Below, in pieces: positions 31,590 through 42,629 of a stretch of DNA of 64,000 nucleotides; within the stretch, counting starts at the first letter, position 1; each line of letters starts with the position of its first letter. The position numbers and the translations under genes were made by a program. A model generated the notes under the pieces. That model did no database searches and had not been told where the DNA came from. It saw nothing but the letters and a program-made list of their open reading frames with translations. Origin of the DNA: Octopus sinensis (lineage: Eukaryota); NCBI RefSeq assembly GCF_006345805.1, contig NC_042998.1:165168001-165232000 (forward strand), read 5' to 3'.

Positions 31590-31880
31590 TAGCAGGATGT
31601 TGTTTGTTTGTTCCTTCTCTAGCCACGCCTGGCTCATAAGGGCCGGTTTCACGGTTTCCTTGGCGTCCGTCGCAGGTGAGCTGCAAGATGCAGGAGGAAA
31701 GAGTGAGAGAAAGTTGTGGCGAAAGAGTCAGCAGAAGTTCGCCACCACCTTCTGCCGGAGCCGCGTGGAGCTTAGGTATTTTGCTCATAAACACACACAA
31801 CGCCCGGTCTGAGATTCGAACCCGCGTTCCCTCGACCGCGAGTCCGCTGCTCTAACCACTAGGCCATGCACCTCCAATTA
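31590..31880 (-). mobile_element. tRNA-derived SINE, third family
   Basis: Minus strand tggcctagtggttagagcagcggactcgcggtcgagggaacgcgggttcgaatctcagaccgggcgttgtgtgtg: clear A and B boxes followed by a non-tRNA body. Confidence 0.8.
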
Positions 31881-32066
31881 TGACAGGATGGTTGTATCTA
31901 CAAAACATTTCGTCTTTGCTCTGTCTTGTATAAAGTTGATAATGTTTGCTTAATTGTAACTGAGCTAATTTTTATATACAGTTCTATATTTAAGAGATGA
32001 GGAATTATGTACATTATTTACATTATTTACATTTGACGGATATTTGTCCTCATCTTGTTTGTTGTT

Positions 32067-32112
32067 AACACAACGTTTCGGCTGATATACCCTCCAGTCT
32101 TCATCAGGTGTC
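32067..32112 (-). ncRNA. Minimal type I hammerhead (left arm)
   Basis: gacac-CTGATGA-a-gactg-gagggtatat-cagcc-GAAAC-GTT-gtgtt. Stem I gacac/gtgtt, loopless palindromic stem III AACGTT, GUU triplet, one stem II mismatch. Confidence 0.7.
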
Positions 32113-32179
32113 TTGGGGAAATTTTGAATCTGGGTTCTTATTCTTAAGGTATTTTTTAATGTTGTCGTTGTTGTTGTTG

Positions 32180-32214
<35 letters not shown>

Positions 32215-32417
32215 TTGATAATTATTCAGGTCACTGCCTGGAATCGAAATCGGAGTCTTGGGGTTAGTAGCCCGCGCTCTTAACCACTACGCCCACGAGC
32301 ATATGGCGTAGTGGTTAAGAGCGTGAGCTACTTACCCCAAGATTCTGAGTTCAATTCCAGGCAGTGACCTGAATAATAGTAATAATAATGATGATGATGA
32401 TGATAATGATAATGATA

Positions 32418-32465
<48 letters not shown>

Positions 32466-32532
32466 TAATAATAATAATAAAAACATCGAAAAATACCTTA
32501 GGAATGAGAACCCAGGTTCAAAATTTTCCCAA

Positions 32533-32578
32533 GATACCTGATGAAAGCTGGAGGGTATATCAGCCGAAACGTCGTGTT
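32533..32578 (+). ncRNA. Minimal type I hammerhead (right arm)
   Basis: gatac-CTGATGA-a-agctg-gagggtatat-cagcc-GAAAC-GTC-gtgtt. GUC triplet; the first stem II pair is mismatched (A/C). Confidence 0.7.
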
Positions 32579-32661
32579 AACAAGATAAAGACAAATATCC
32601 GTCAAATCAAATGTAAATAATGTAATTTTTAATAACTACAACAAAACAACAATAACAAGAT

Positions 32662-32692
<31 letters not shown>

Positions 32693-32715
32693 AACTGCTG
32701 CTGCTGCTGCTGCTG

Positions 32716-32769
<54 letters not shown>

Positions 32770-33113
32770 ACATTGATGCCAATGAGTGAGCCGTTTTGTA
32801 AACTTGCTAGAAAATTCTCACTGCTACCAGTTTGAAAGCAGGTGGATATATTAGAAAATGTAATCTTAGAGTAATTATGTTTCAAACTAAGATGGATGGT
32901 CATTACAAGAACGTCTTTGTAAAAGAACAGAATAATGGAAAAACAAAGTAAAATAAAGCAACCAACTTATCAATTTATCTTTTTTCCGTATATCTCAGAT
33001 AGTTCCTGTTTTTCTCAAAGACTTTTCGTTTTTCCTGCCTGATTCTTTTAATGCATCCATTACACACACACACACATATATGTATGTTTGTATGTATGTA
33101 TATGTGCATACAC

Positions 33114-33147
<34 letters not shown>

Positions 33148-33526
33148 ATAATCTTCCTGATAAAAATGAAGGTAACATTTAAGTCGGTAAATAATTCCTT
33201 AAAGATTTTAAATTATTTTTTTCGTATTTATTCCATTTTTACTCTTCAATGCAACAACCACTTTTAGGCAAATCTTGATTTTCCAGGCTGAACTCTTTGT
33301 AATATTCTCTTGACAGCTATGACAAACGTAGAGTAATTCTTTTTAAGGCCTTTTAGTCCGAAAAGAACAAAACATTTTAGTTGAATATCTGTCATATTTT
33401 CCATTATTATTAGCTCTGGTTTATATAATCTTATGTTTATTTTGTGGTTTTTCACTACAACTAATTATTGATATGCTCAATGTATAACATTCTTATTTCT
33501 CTTTTTTTAAATGGTTTTATCGTGTA

Positions 33527-33735
33527 GGTCAGCGTGCTGGCAGAATCGTCAACAGGCCGAAGAAAATGCTTAGCGGCATTTCGTCTGTCTTTACATTCTG
33601 CGTTCAAATTCAACCGAGGTCGACTTTTATCCCTTCCAGGGTCAATGAAATATGTATTAGTTGAGCACTGGTATCGATCTAATCGACTTAGTTCCTTTAC
33701 TGAAATTTCTGGTCTTATGCCGAAATTTGAAACGA
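33527..33735 (+). mobile_element. SINE family B
   Basis: gctggcagaatcgtcaacaggccgaagaaaatgcttagcggcatttcgtctgtctttacattctgcgttcaaattcaaccgaggtcgac. Confidence 0.88.
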
Positions 33736-34512
33736 ATATGACTTTATCCTGCCCACTACAGGCATTTCGTTACGTTCATATCTTAATTTTTCTTATTTGT
33801 GTATCTGAATCCTTGCCGCTGATCAAGAAATGTGGAAAGTATACGTAGCAGTATTTCTTCCAGCTTTTTACGTTGTGAGTTCAAATCCTACTGAAGAATA
33901 AGCACACACACATACATACGCATACAAAGTTCTTCCACAAATTATAGCTTCATCTGGTTGGATACAAAAATATTTGAATTTCAGTTCTTTTACTGGTTCC
34001 AGGTAGTTTTATATGCAGCCCATGTAACCGATAGTCTTAGACTGCTGATTACAGAATAATTCTGTTTTGCAAACCTCCTTACGAAAAACAGCATGTTCTG
34101 TCCAAAACAGCATATTCTGTACCGAAAGACTTACTAAGATGTGAAATAACATATTTCCTTATACCATGTATCAGAAGTTAACTTTTCTAGTTTATTCTTT
34201 CACTCCATAGCACCACAGAAGTAAAGCAGCTTTTCTTCAAAAGATAGTTTCATCTATTTCAATACAAGTGTGTCCGATTTGAGGAATATTCATCTAAATT
34301 TTCATTCATAATAAAATCATATAAATTTTCTGAGACTGATGGCTTTATACAGAGGGATTATGTCTTTTTGTACACTGCCTAATGAGAGATGCCGTCTACG
34401 AAACAGAACAGTTTGTTATGGAAGGCTTTTCTGTTTATACATTCATTGTACAGGTTTATACCGTCACTCCAAATAATTCATAATATACATATATGAAAAT
34501 GAACATTTTTGA

Positions 34513-34690
34513 ATGTTTAGTTGCTTTACGTCCGTCATTACGTTCGGTGTTCAAATTCCGCCTAGGTTGACTTTGCTTTTCATTCTTTCGGGGTTGATAA
34601 AGTAAGTACCAAGCAGTTGAGCACTGGGAGTCGATGTAGTCGACTTACTCCCTATCCTGGAATTGCTGGTTTTTTGCCAAAATTTTAAAT
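34513..34690 (+). mobile_element. SINE family B, 5'-degenerate
   Basis: gttcaaattccgcctaggttgactttgcttttcattctttcggggttgataaagtaagtacc...gggagtcgatgtagtcgact. Confidence 0.85.
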
Positions 34691-34783
34691 CAGTATATAT
34701 ATATATATACGAACATTTGCAGAGTATTTGGTTTTTGGATTTGGTTTGCAAGATTCTTTATATGAGTTCGTGTGTTGAAGCAT

Positions 34784-34919
34784 ATTCTGTTGTGTCTGGG
34801 GAGAGTCATTTTCTTTTTGTGCCTTATAATGTAACACACTCACTGATAAAATCTTAGCGGTGAGTGTGTTACATTATAAGGCGCAAAAAGAAAATGACTC
34901 TCTCCAGTAACAACAGAAT
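34784..34919. mobile_element. Hairpin MITE (~60-bp arms)
   Basis: attctgttgtgtctggggagagtcattttctttttgtgccttataatgtaacacactcac pairs with gtgagtgtgttacattataaggcgcaaaaagaaaatgactctctccagtaacaacagaat. Confidence 0.85.
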
Positions 34920-35484
34920 TTGCAGAGTACTTTTGACGGAAAATATCTTACGAACACTAACATTGATGATAGGGAGAGTGTGATAGGTAGTGTTAGAGGT
35001 GCTGGTATAAATAGTACTGTAATGCCGGTAGTGATGCTTGAGTTTGTTGGTTTTGTATAAGCCCCAGGCCAGCGCTGATCGAGAAGAATTTTATAATCAA
35101 AGTTAAAGATCACGATTCCCAGTATAACTTCTATCATGATGACCATTCCCATACATTATATACAGAGAACTGAGTCTCACATTTTTATTGTTTCTAACAA
35201 ACCAAGTGACCATGTATGTTTGTACCCAATATTTACACTTCCAAGAACACTTTTATTTAAGATTTTCCCACAATTCTCGGGATTTTGAAAGGTCAGTCTA
35301 CTCAACCAATGTTGAACTCGTCTTACGGAACCTTAGTACTATCATGGTGGATTCAAGGTATTCGCGTACTCCAGGTTAGGGACCGCTAATACAGAGGTTC
35401 ATCGTTGGGCACCTGTTAGTGATGGAAATTGATAACGATAATTATTGATGATAATGTTGATAAGGATAATCCTGATGATGATTG

Positions 35485-35518
<34 letters not shown>

Positions 35519-35929
35519 ATAGGGTGGTCGTGGTGGTGTTTTAGATAGAAAATTATTGGTTTGTGATTCTTAAATCGTTCAATCGTAGCACATGAAGTGA
35601 CAGGGAGCGCGAGACGAATCCCCCCCCCCACACACACACAGGGTGAGGCACTATGCAAGAGAAAAAGAGTGAGTGAATACTGTCGGGGAAGAAAAAAGGA
35701 TTGAAATAAAGAGAAAACGGTGCCAGAGGGAGAGAACCAGAGGGTAAAAGAAAGACAGAAGTATGAAAGACGTACATACTTCCCACCTCTCTCTTTTTCT
35801 CTCTTTTCTTTCTTGGTTTACACACTCGTAGTGGGCGTGTGTAAGAGAGAAAGACAAGAGCGGAATGGAGTAACATGTAGAGCCAGAGGATAACGTGTTG
35901 GAAACGGCGTAGAAGAGTGAGAAAGAGTA

Positions 35930-36370
35930 GGGCGAGAAGGTATGTATAAAAAGGAGGAGGATATGATGATGATGATGATGATGATGATGAAGAAGAAGAA
36001 GTAGAAGAAGGAGGAGAAGAAGGAGGAGGAGGAGAAGAAGAAGAGGAAGAAGAAAAGGAGCAGAAGGAGGAGGAGAAGGAGAAGAAGAAGGAGGAGGAGC
36101 AGAAGAAGAGGAGGAAGGAGGAGGAGCAGAAGAAGAGGAAGAAGGAGGAGGAGGAAGAAGAAAGAGAAGGAAGATAAGGAAGAGGAGGAAAAGGAGGTGG
36201 AAGAGAAGGAAGAAAAGAAAGAGAAAGAGCAGCAGCAGCAGCAGCAGAAGAAAAAGAAGAGGAAGAGAAGAAGAGAAGAAGAAGAAGAAGAAGAAGAAGA
36301 AGAAGAAGAAGAAGAAGAAGAAGAGGAAGGAGAAGAAGTAGAAGAAGAAGAAGAAAACAAAAGAGGATAA
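35930..36370 (+). repeat. Polypurine (GAA/GAG/GAT)n field
   Basis: Directly visible; source of the 283-aa and 246-aa low-complexity ORFs. Confidence 0.95.
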
Positions 36371-37094
36371 AAGAGGGAAAGGAATTTGGAATGGAAAATT
36401 TCAAGAACCGTTTCGGCTAAACAGTCCCAAAATATTTTTAAAAGTCTTTTAGAGTAACAATGGAAGATGTGAATTAAAAAGTAAAAAAATAGAAAAAGGA
36501 GCCACATGCGGGCGGCACAAAAACACGCACACATGTAAGTATATATGTATAATAACACAAATATACACTTTTATGGCATGCATAGACGCTCATACATTAA
36601 AACGAATATTGATAAATATGCTACAACGCCATCACCAGTCTTTCTCTCTCTCTCTCTCTCTCTTCCCTCTCGCTCTCTGGCTCAATTCGTTCCTCAGTTT
36701 CTCTCTCTCTCTCTCTCTATCTCTATATTTCTCTTAGAATTTCTAATTGCAACTAAATCCCCTTTTAAGTAATATCCAGGTTTAATGTAAGACTAAGTTC
36801 AGAAAAGGGTGAGGCTAGTTTATGTATTTATAATGCACATATCTAAATATTCCTTTTATTTAATATTTTTTTTTGCATATTTAATTGTTAATGCTAATGC
36901 TTCTACGCGACATAAGATTCTATATGTTCATATAAAATTAGAGAAAGGGACGAAAATGCAACCGAGGAAGAGAGAAGCAAACAGATAGAAAAAATTAGAG
37001 AAATAGAGAGAGATGGATTGTGTACAAAAAAAAAGGAAAAAATGGAAGGTACTTGATAAGAAGATACATATGAGGATAAAGGCAAAAAGCAAAT

Positions 37095-37365
37095 GCATGG
37101 TTGTGTGGTAAGAAGCTTGCTTCTCAACTACATGGTTCCGGTTTCAGTCCCACTGTGTGGTACCAGGGGCATGTGTCTTCTACTGTACCTTCGGACTGAC
37201 AAAAGACCTGTGAGTGGATTTGGTAGACTGAAACTGAAAGAATCCTGTCGTATATATAGTCTTTTACTTGTTTCAGTCATTCGACTGTGGCCATACTAGA
37301 GCACCGCATGGTTCCTCCCGCAACCATGTGGTTGAGAAACAAGCTTCTTACCACACCTGCGCCTC
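37095..37365. mobile_element. Two converging family A SINE fragments (plus 37095-37260; minus 37261-37365)
   Basis: Plus head ggttgtgtggtaagaagcttgcttctcaactacatggttcc; minus head caaccatgtggttgagaaacaagcttcttaccacacc. Confidence 0.85.
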
Positions 37366-37394
37366 GCATATCTCTCTCTATCTATATATATCTT

Positions 37395-37429
<35 letters not shown>

Positions 37430-37431
<2 letters not shown>

Positions 37432-37680
37432 CAAAATTAGAGAATGGAGAAATATACTTAAATCAGTAAAACATCAACTATCCGATGATACTCAATCCAT
37501 ACTTTATACACCATTACATATGAGTAAAGGCAATACATAAAATGAAATGAGATATACAGTAATAGTAAAAAGATAAAGAGATATAAGTAAAAAATTTTCA
37601 AATATAATATGCAAATAAATCAAAACTGACAGCTGTTTCGGCAGTGAGGACAGTCATACCTCATTTAACCTATAAGCCAT
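37430..37680 (-). mobile_element. Penelope-like pLTR remnant with half-decayed hammerhead
   Basis: Minus strand aatga-ggta...tgcc-GAAAC-agct-GTC-agtt: same ACAGCTGT stem III as at 6305 and 47763, but the CUG of the core is lost. Ends against (TA)n. Confidence 0.55.
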
Positions 37681-37889
37681 GTTGGGTACCTATCTAGCAG
37701 TATATTGGATATATATTATCCCATGGTGGGTTGAATTTTCAACCCCTATCTCATTTTATAACCTATATATATATATATATATATGAGAGAAGGTATGAAA
37801 ATGCAATTTTAAAAGGTAACCTTCTCCCATATATATTTCCACACGTGCGGTATCTTACAACTTCACTTTGTTATATATATCTTTATGTC

Positions 37890-38110
37890 TGTGTTTGTTC
37901 ACCACCTCCGCTTGACAAGCAGTATTAACGTGTTTACGTCCCCGTAACCTAGCAGCTCAGCAAAAGACCGATAGAATAAGTACCAGGCTTTAAAAAGAGA
38001 AAAAAAAGCAAGTACAGGAGTCGATTCATAGGACCAAAAATTCTTCAAGACGGTGCCACAGCATGGCCGTACTCTAATGACTGAAACGCATAAAAGAATA
38101 AAAGAAAAGG
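37890..38110 (+). mobile_element. SINE family A tail
   Basis: gcttgacaagcagtattaacgtgtttacgtccccgtaacctagc...gacggtgccacagcatggccgtactctaatgactgaaac. Confidence 0.8.
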
Positions 38111-38724
38111 TAGTTTTCTAGCATTTGCACTCAGTAGGTTCGTAGATGTTGTTGTTGTTGCTTCCCGTATTGTCTTTATGATGATGTTGCTGCATTGCTG
38201 CAAATGTTGCTATTTTCGTGTGTTCATTGTTGATTAGCTTGATCAAATTGAGTTTATGGCCAAATATGTTCAAAATGTAATCACCTGTCTCTCGGCATAT
38301 CAAGGGCAGAATAGTCTGATGAGCACGCATTCTTTTTTTCACGTGACATTCGAGGGCGGCAGATCCCTATCCAGGGACGCAATGTGCAGCGACATGTCCT
38401 CCGGCCTCAACCTTGTTGATTCGGCTGCAAACCCGGGTATTGTCGCCAGTAAATAATACAAGGGCCTGATCGGCCGCTGTCAGCTTTTACCGGTCGCCGT
38501 CGGAACGTCAGGTGTTCTACTACCCTGTACTTCAGTGATTTCAAGCATAATTTCTGAGTCTCTCAAACACAATTTTCATTGTTTATAAAAGCAAATATAT
38601 ACTGAAAGACACTCAAGACCTTTCCAAGCTAGAATTAGCTTCTAGATCACATCCTAGCGCTTTAAATAAACAAAGAACACATTCAATAATGCCGTTCTAG
38701 GTATATCGTTTTTCCTTTCTCCAG

Positions 38725-38910
38725 TTGTTCGTTTACTTGCTTCAGTCATTGGAGAGCGTCCATGCTGAGGCCCCACCTTGATGGGTCGAGTCAAACAAAC
38801 TTAAGTTTGTCTGAACCCAACAAAGATTTAGATGAGTGATACTTAATTTTTGAAGTTTATTAGACTTTTACTGAACCCCTAAATTACGGTGACATAATCA
38901 AACCAACATC
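38725..38910 (-). mobile_element. Degenerate family A tail
   Basis: tttacttgcttcagtcattggagagcgtccatgctg and actgaacccctaaattacggtgacataatcaaaccaac. Confidence 0.6.
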
Positions 38911-39059
38911 TTTTTTCAAGCAGTGAGGAAACAAACAGAAAGACACACGCGCACATTTACAGGCATGCATATACATATATATATATTTATACATTTATGT
39001 GTGTGTATATGTGTATGTATGTGTGCGTATGTATGTGTGTGTATGTATGTGTGTGTGTG

Positions 39060-39113
<54 letters not shown>

Positions 39114-40629
39114 TAAAATTGGCCAGATGAGAGAATAGAAGTTTATTCCATATTCCATTAGTTAAAAGCTGTAATCTGTGTTAGTTACATAAGCGACGGT
39201 AAACCGAATGCTTAAAAATCACATTTCGCAACCAGGTATTCATGATCTCGATCTCTTTCTCTTTGCGTTTTATTTTCAGCGAATGTTGTTTTCGATACAA
39301 CTTTCAGTCGACATTGAGAACAAAATTACCTAAACACAAACTGTGTAGAAGTAATTCGGATAAATTGTACATGTAATTCAAAAGTTACAGCCTTGTCACG
39401 CACTCTATCACGCTGTTTTTGCCTTAGATTTACGGTTAAAGATACGTGTCTGAACTGCTTCGTCACGTCTTCGTTAATTCCGTCTATTCAGTCGATCGAA
39501 TAGCTGAATTCTCACCGTCGAACGACATGCGTGTGTGTGTGTGTGTTAAAAATGCATGTAGGTGTGTTTGTATGCAGATTGAGTGCTGAGCTTACTTGCT
39601 CATCTTAACTGTTGGTGGATATTCAGGAAGGATACTCGTGAAATTCGGAGTATCAATAGAAATTAAATCTTTCCACTAAAGTAAAATGTCTACGTCCGCA
39701 TTCAGTAACTTTTACACTTGTTTGAAAATTCAAATGCGTGCGCGCACACACACACCACACGCACACACACACATACACACACACACACACACTCACATAC
39801 ACACACACAAACAAACAAACACACACACACCACATACACATACACACAGCAATGGATAGATAGGAATATATATGAATGAATATATGTATAAATCCATTCA
39901 TACATACATACATACATACATACATGCATTCATATATATATACCCAGAGAGAGAAATAGAGAGAAAGAGAGAGAAAGGAAGAGACAGAGAGCGCGTGAGA
40001 GATGTCTGGACAACTGTATGTGCAAACTCACGCATATACATAAAAAGCGAAAACAAACAGAAACTAAAAAAAAAATAACCATAAACAATAACATACAAAA
40101 AGAAAAACAAAAAAGAAAGAAAAGGAGAAGAATATTGTTTGTCTATCACTGCAGAATGTTATGAATCATAATTCCAGAACATTGTCGCAGAAATTACCAA
40201 CCCTCTCCCTTATCATATAGAATAATATATTTATACTTTATACCAAACGCTAAAACCTAAGAATATGCATGTCAACTTATTGGGGATATATCCTTGCTTG
40301 TTTAGTTTTTTAATTGTTAGTTTTATACATTTTCTGCTATTATTGAAAGAGTCGGTTCCTTTTTGTTTCGCTTTCGCTTTCGTATTTATATTTATTTCAT
40401 GTGTTTTTTTATTTGTTTTGTTTTTTGTTTTCGAATAAATGCCATGCATTGCAGTCAGATTAAGCAGATAGCTCATTCGAAAATGTTTCCTAAAAACCAA
40501 ATTCTATAGCAGGATGCGAACGGTTGTAAATATTTCAGTTGTTTACCGAATCCATTGTAATATTGCGTTGTATCGCTCCATGTCGATGGCTGATGAATAC
40601 CGAACAGAAAATAACAACAAAAAAAATTA

Positions 40630-40649
40630 ATACGGTTATTATTATTATG

Positions 40650-40680
<31 letters not shown>

Positions 40681-40719
40681 TTATTATTGATTATTATTAT
40701 TGTATTATTATTATTATTA

Positions 40720-40757
<38 letters not shown>

Positions 40758-40975
40758 TATTATTATTATTATATTATTATTTTATTATTTGGTTCTATTA
40801 TATTATTATTATTATTATTATATGATATTATTATTATTATTATTATTATTATATTATTATTATTATTATTGCTTATTATATTATTCTTATTATTTTGCTA
40901 TTCTTATTATTATTATTATTATATTATTATTATTATTATTATATTATTTTATTATTATTATTATTTAATAAATAA
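40630..40975 (+). repeat. (TTA)n degenerate microsatellite
   Basis: Directly visible. Confidence 0.97.
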
Positions 40976-41072
40976 TACATTGTATATATGAATACATATC
41001 GCATTTGCAGCAGAGGAAATTCGTTGTCCGAAAGAAGACATAACTGTTTGAAAGCAAACCAACCGTATTTTC

Positions 41073-41107
<35 letters not shown>

Positions 41108-41162
41108 GGGGCAAATGAGTGGGAGAGAGAAAGGTGATTGTGAGAATATCGACGATGTTGAT

Positions 41163-41194
<32 letters not shown>

Positions 41195-41541
41195 GTGGTG
41201 TTAACAGTATACATAATAATGATTACAAACAATAAGTGTCGTAACAACAGCATTATTAGCTATGATAGCCGCAAAATATGAAATATGTAACGACAAGAGA
41301 AGAAAAGAAAATACTACATTGGCAGCCGCATGTACATGATAGTTAGTGGGGGAAATACATTAGCAACGACAATAGCAATAACAGTAACAAGAACAACAGC
41401 AATACTAACAAGAATAATAATAATTCTAATAAAGATTTCTTCATTAACCACAAGGCATATACAAAACAAACATTTAAATGCATATCACCAACATTTGTTT
41501 TGGATTGTGGTGTATGTATTGTGCGCGTGTATATATATATT

Positions 41542-41613
<72 letters not shown>

Positions 41614-41942
41614 ATATATATTACATATATTACATATGTACACAGAAAGATAGAGAGAGAGGAGTGAGAGACATAGAAAAAGAGAGAAAGAGAGAGAAAT
41701 TACAGTAACATGTGCGAGTACTACTGCATCAATTTGAGCACCATGTGGATTATCAATATACAAGTGCACACGTCAAATATCGAAGCGATTGAAGTGCAAA
41801 TTGTTTTTGCATAAGAACACAACGCAACACTCTAACCGTTATCTGACATGTCATCATGTATATATGTGTGTGTATATTTCTGTTGTGTGCGTGTGCGTGT
41901 GTGTGTGTACATATATACATATGCATATATACACACACACAC

Positions 41943-42025
<83 letters not shown>

Positions 42026-42629
42026 TGTATGTATGTACGTATGTATGTATGTATGTATGTGTGAATGTATGTATGTGTGTATGTATGTATGTATGTATGT
42101 ATGTATGTACGTATGCATGCATTTCTGTGTGCGTGTGAGTACATAGAAAAAACCCACTGGTTAATCGCAGATACTGGAACACATAATTAGAGCAGTGTGT
42201 AACAAATTCATTCTTAAAGAAAGAAGTGATACAGCATTCGGTAAAAGTATGCAAACTGCACATGTAGTATGCTACATGAACTGAATTCATCTTTGTTTTA
42301 GAATGGGCGAATAAGCTGTTAGAATCTCTTCGCCGAGAACCCATGCACGAAAAACTAAACGTTAGAAAATATTTTACAAAAACCAAAATTAAAAAAACCC
42401 TGCCATTATGAGACCACAAGCATACAGAACATACTTCAGAGAACTAAAGTAATATAAATAATTTGAAGATAAATGTGAAAGTTGTAAATTTCACGACTCA
42501 CAAAAGTATGCAAGGACGATATTTTCTTGCAACCGTAGCACATTATAATACAGAACACAGAACGAAACTTGCGATAAAAAGAATTTAGGTGACAGCATAT
42601 ATCCCATAAAGAAGCCTATTGTTAAAACA

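Larger units (their letters stand above)
32019..32625. mobile_element. Palindromic element: two head-to-head units of tRNA-like head, (AAT/GAT)n and hammerhead tail
   Basis: Left arm 32019-32293 is the reverse complement of right arm 32305-32625 apart from microsatellite length. 11-nt spacer cacgagcatat. Heads ggcgtagtggttaagagcg...gagttcaattccaggcagtgacctgaataat. Confidence 0.92.

Noticed and set aside
31790-31875. tRNA gene calls at SINE heads (also 7609, 32225-32370)
   Set aside because: A and B boxes are present but the acceptor stem is missing and the sequence continues into repeat bodies, so these are tRNA-derived heads.
34874-35152. 92-aa hydrophobic minus-strand ORF
   Set aside because: Its C-terminus runs into the hairpin MITE and the rest has no recognisable family.
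38310-38400. CTGATGAG as a hammerhead core
   Set aside because: No downstream GAAA closing a stem II.
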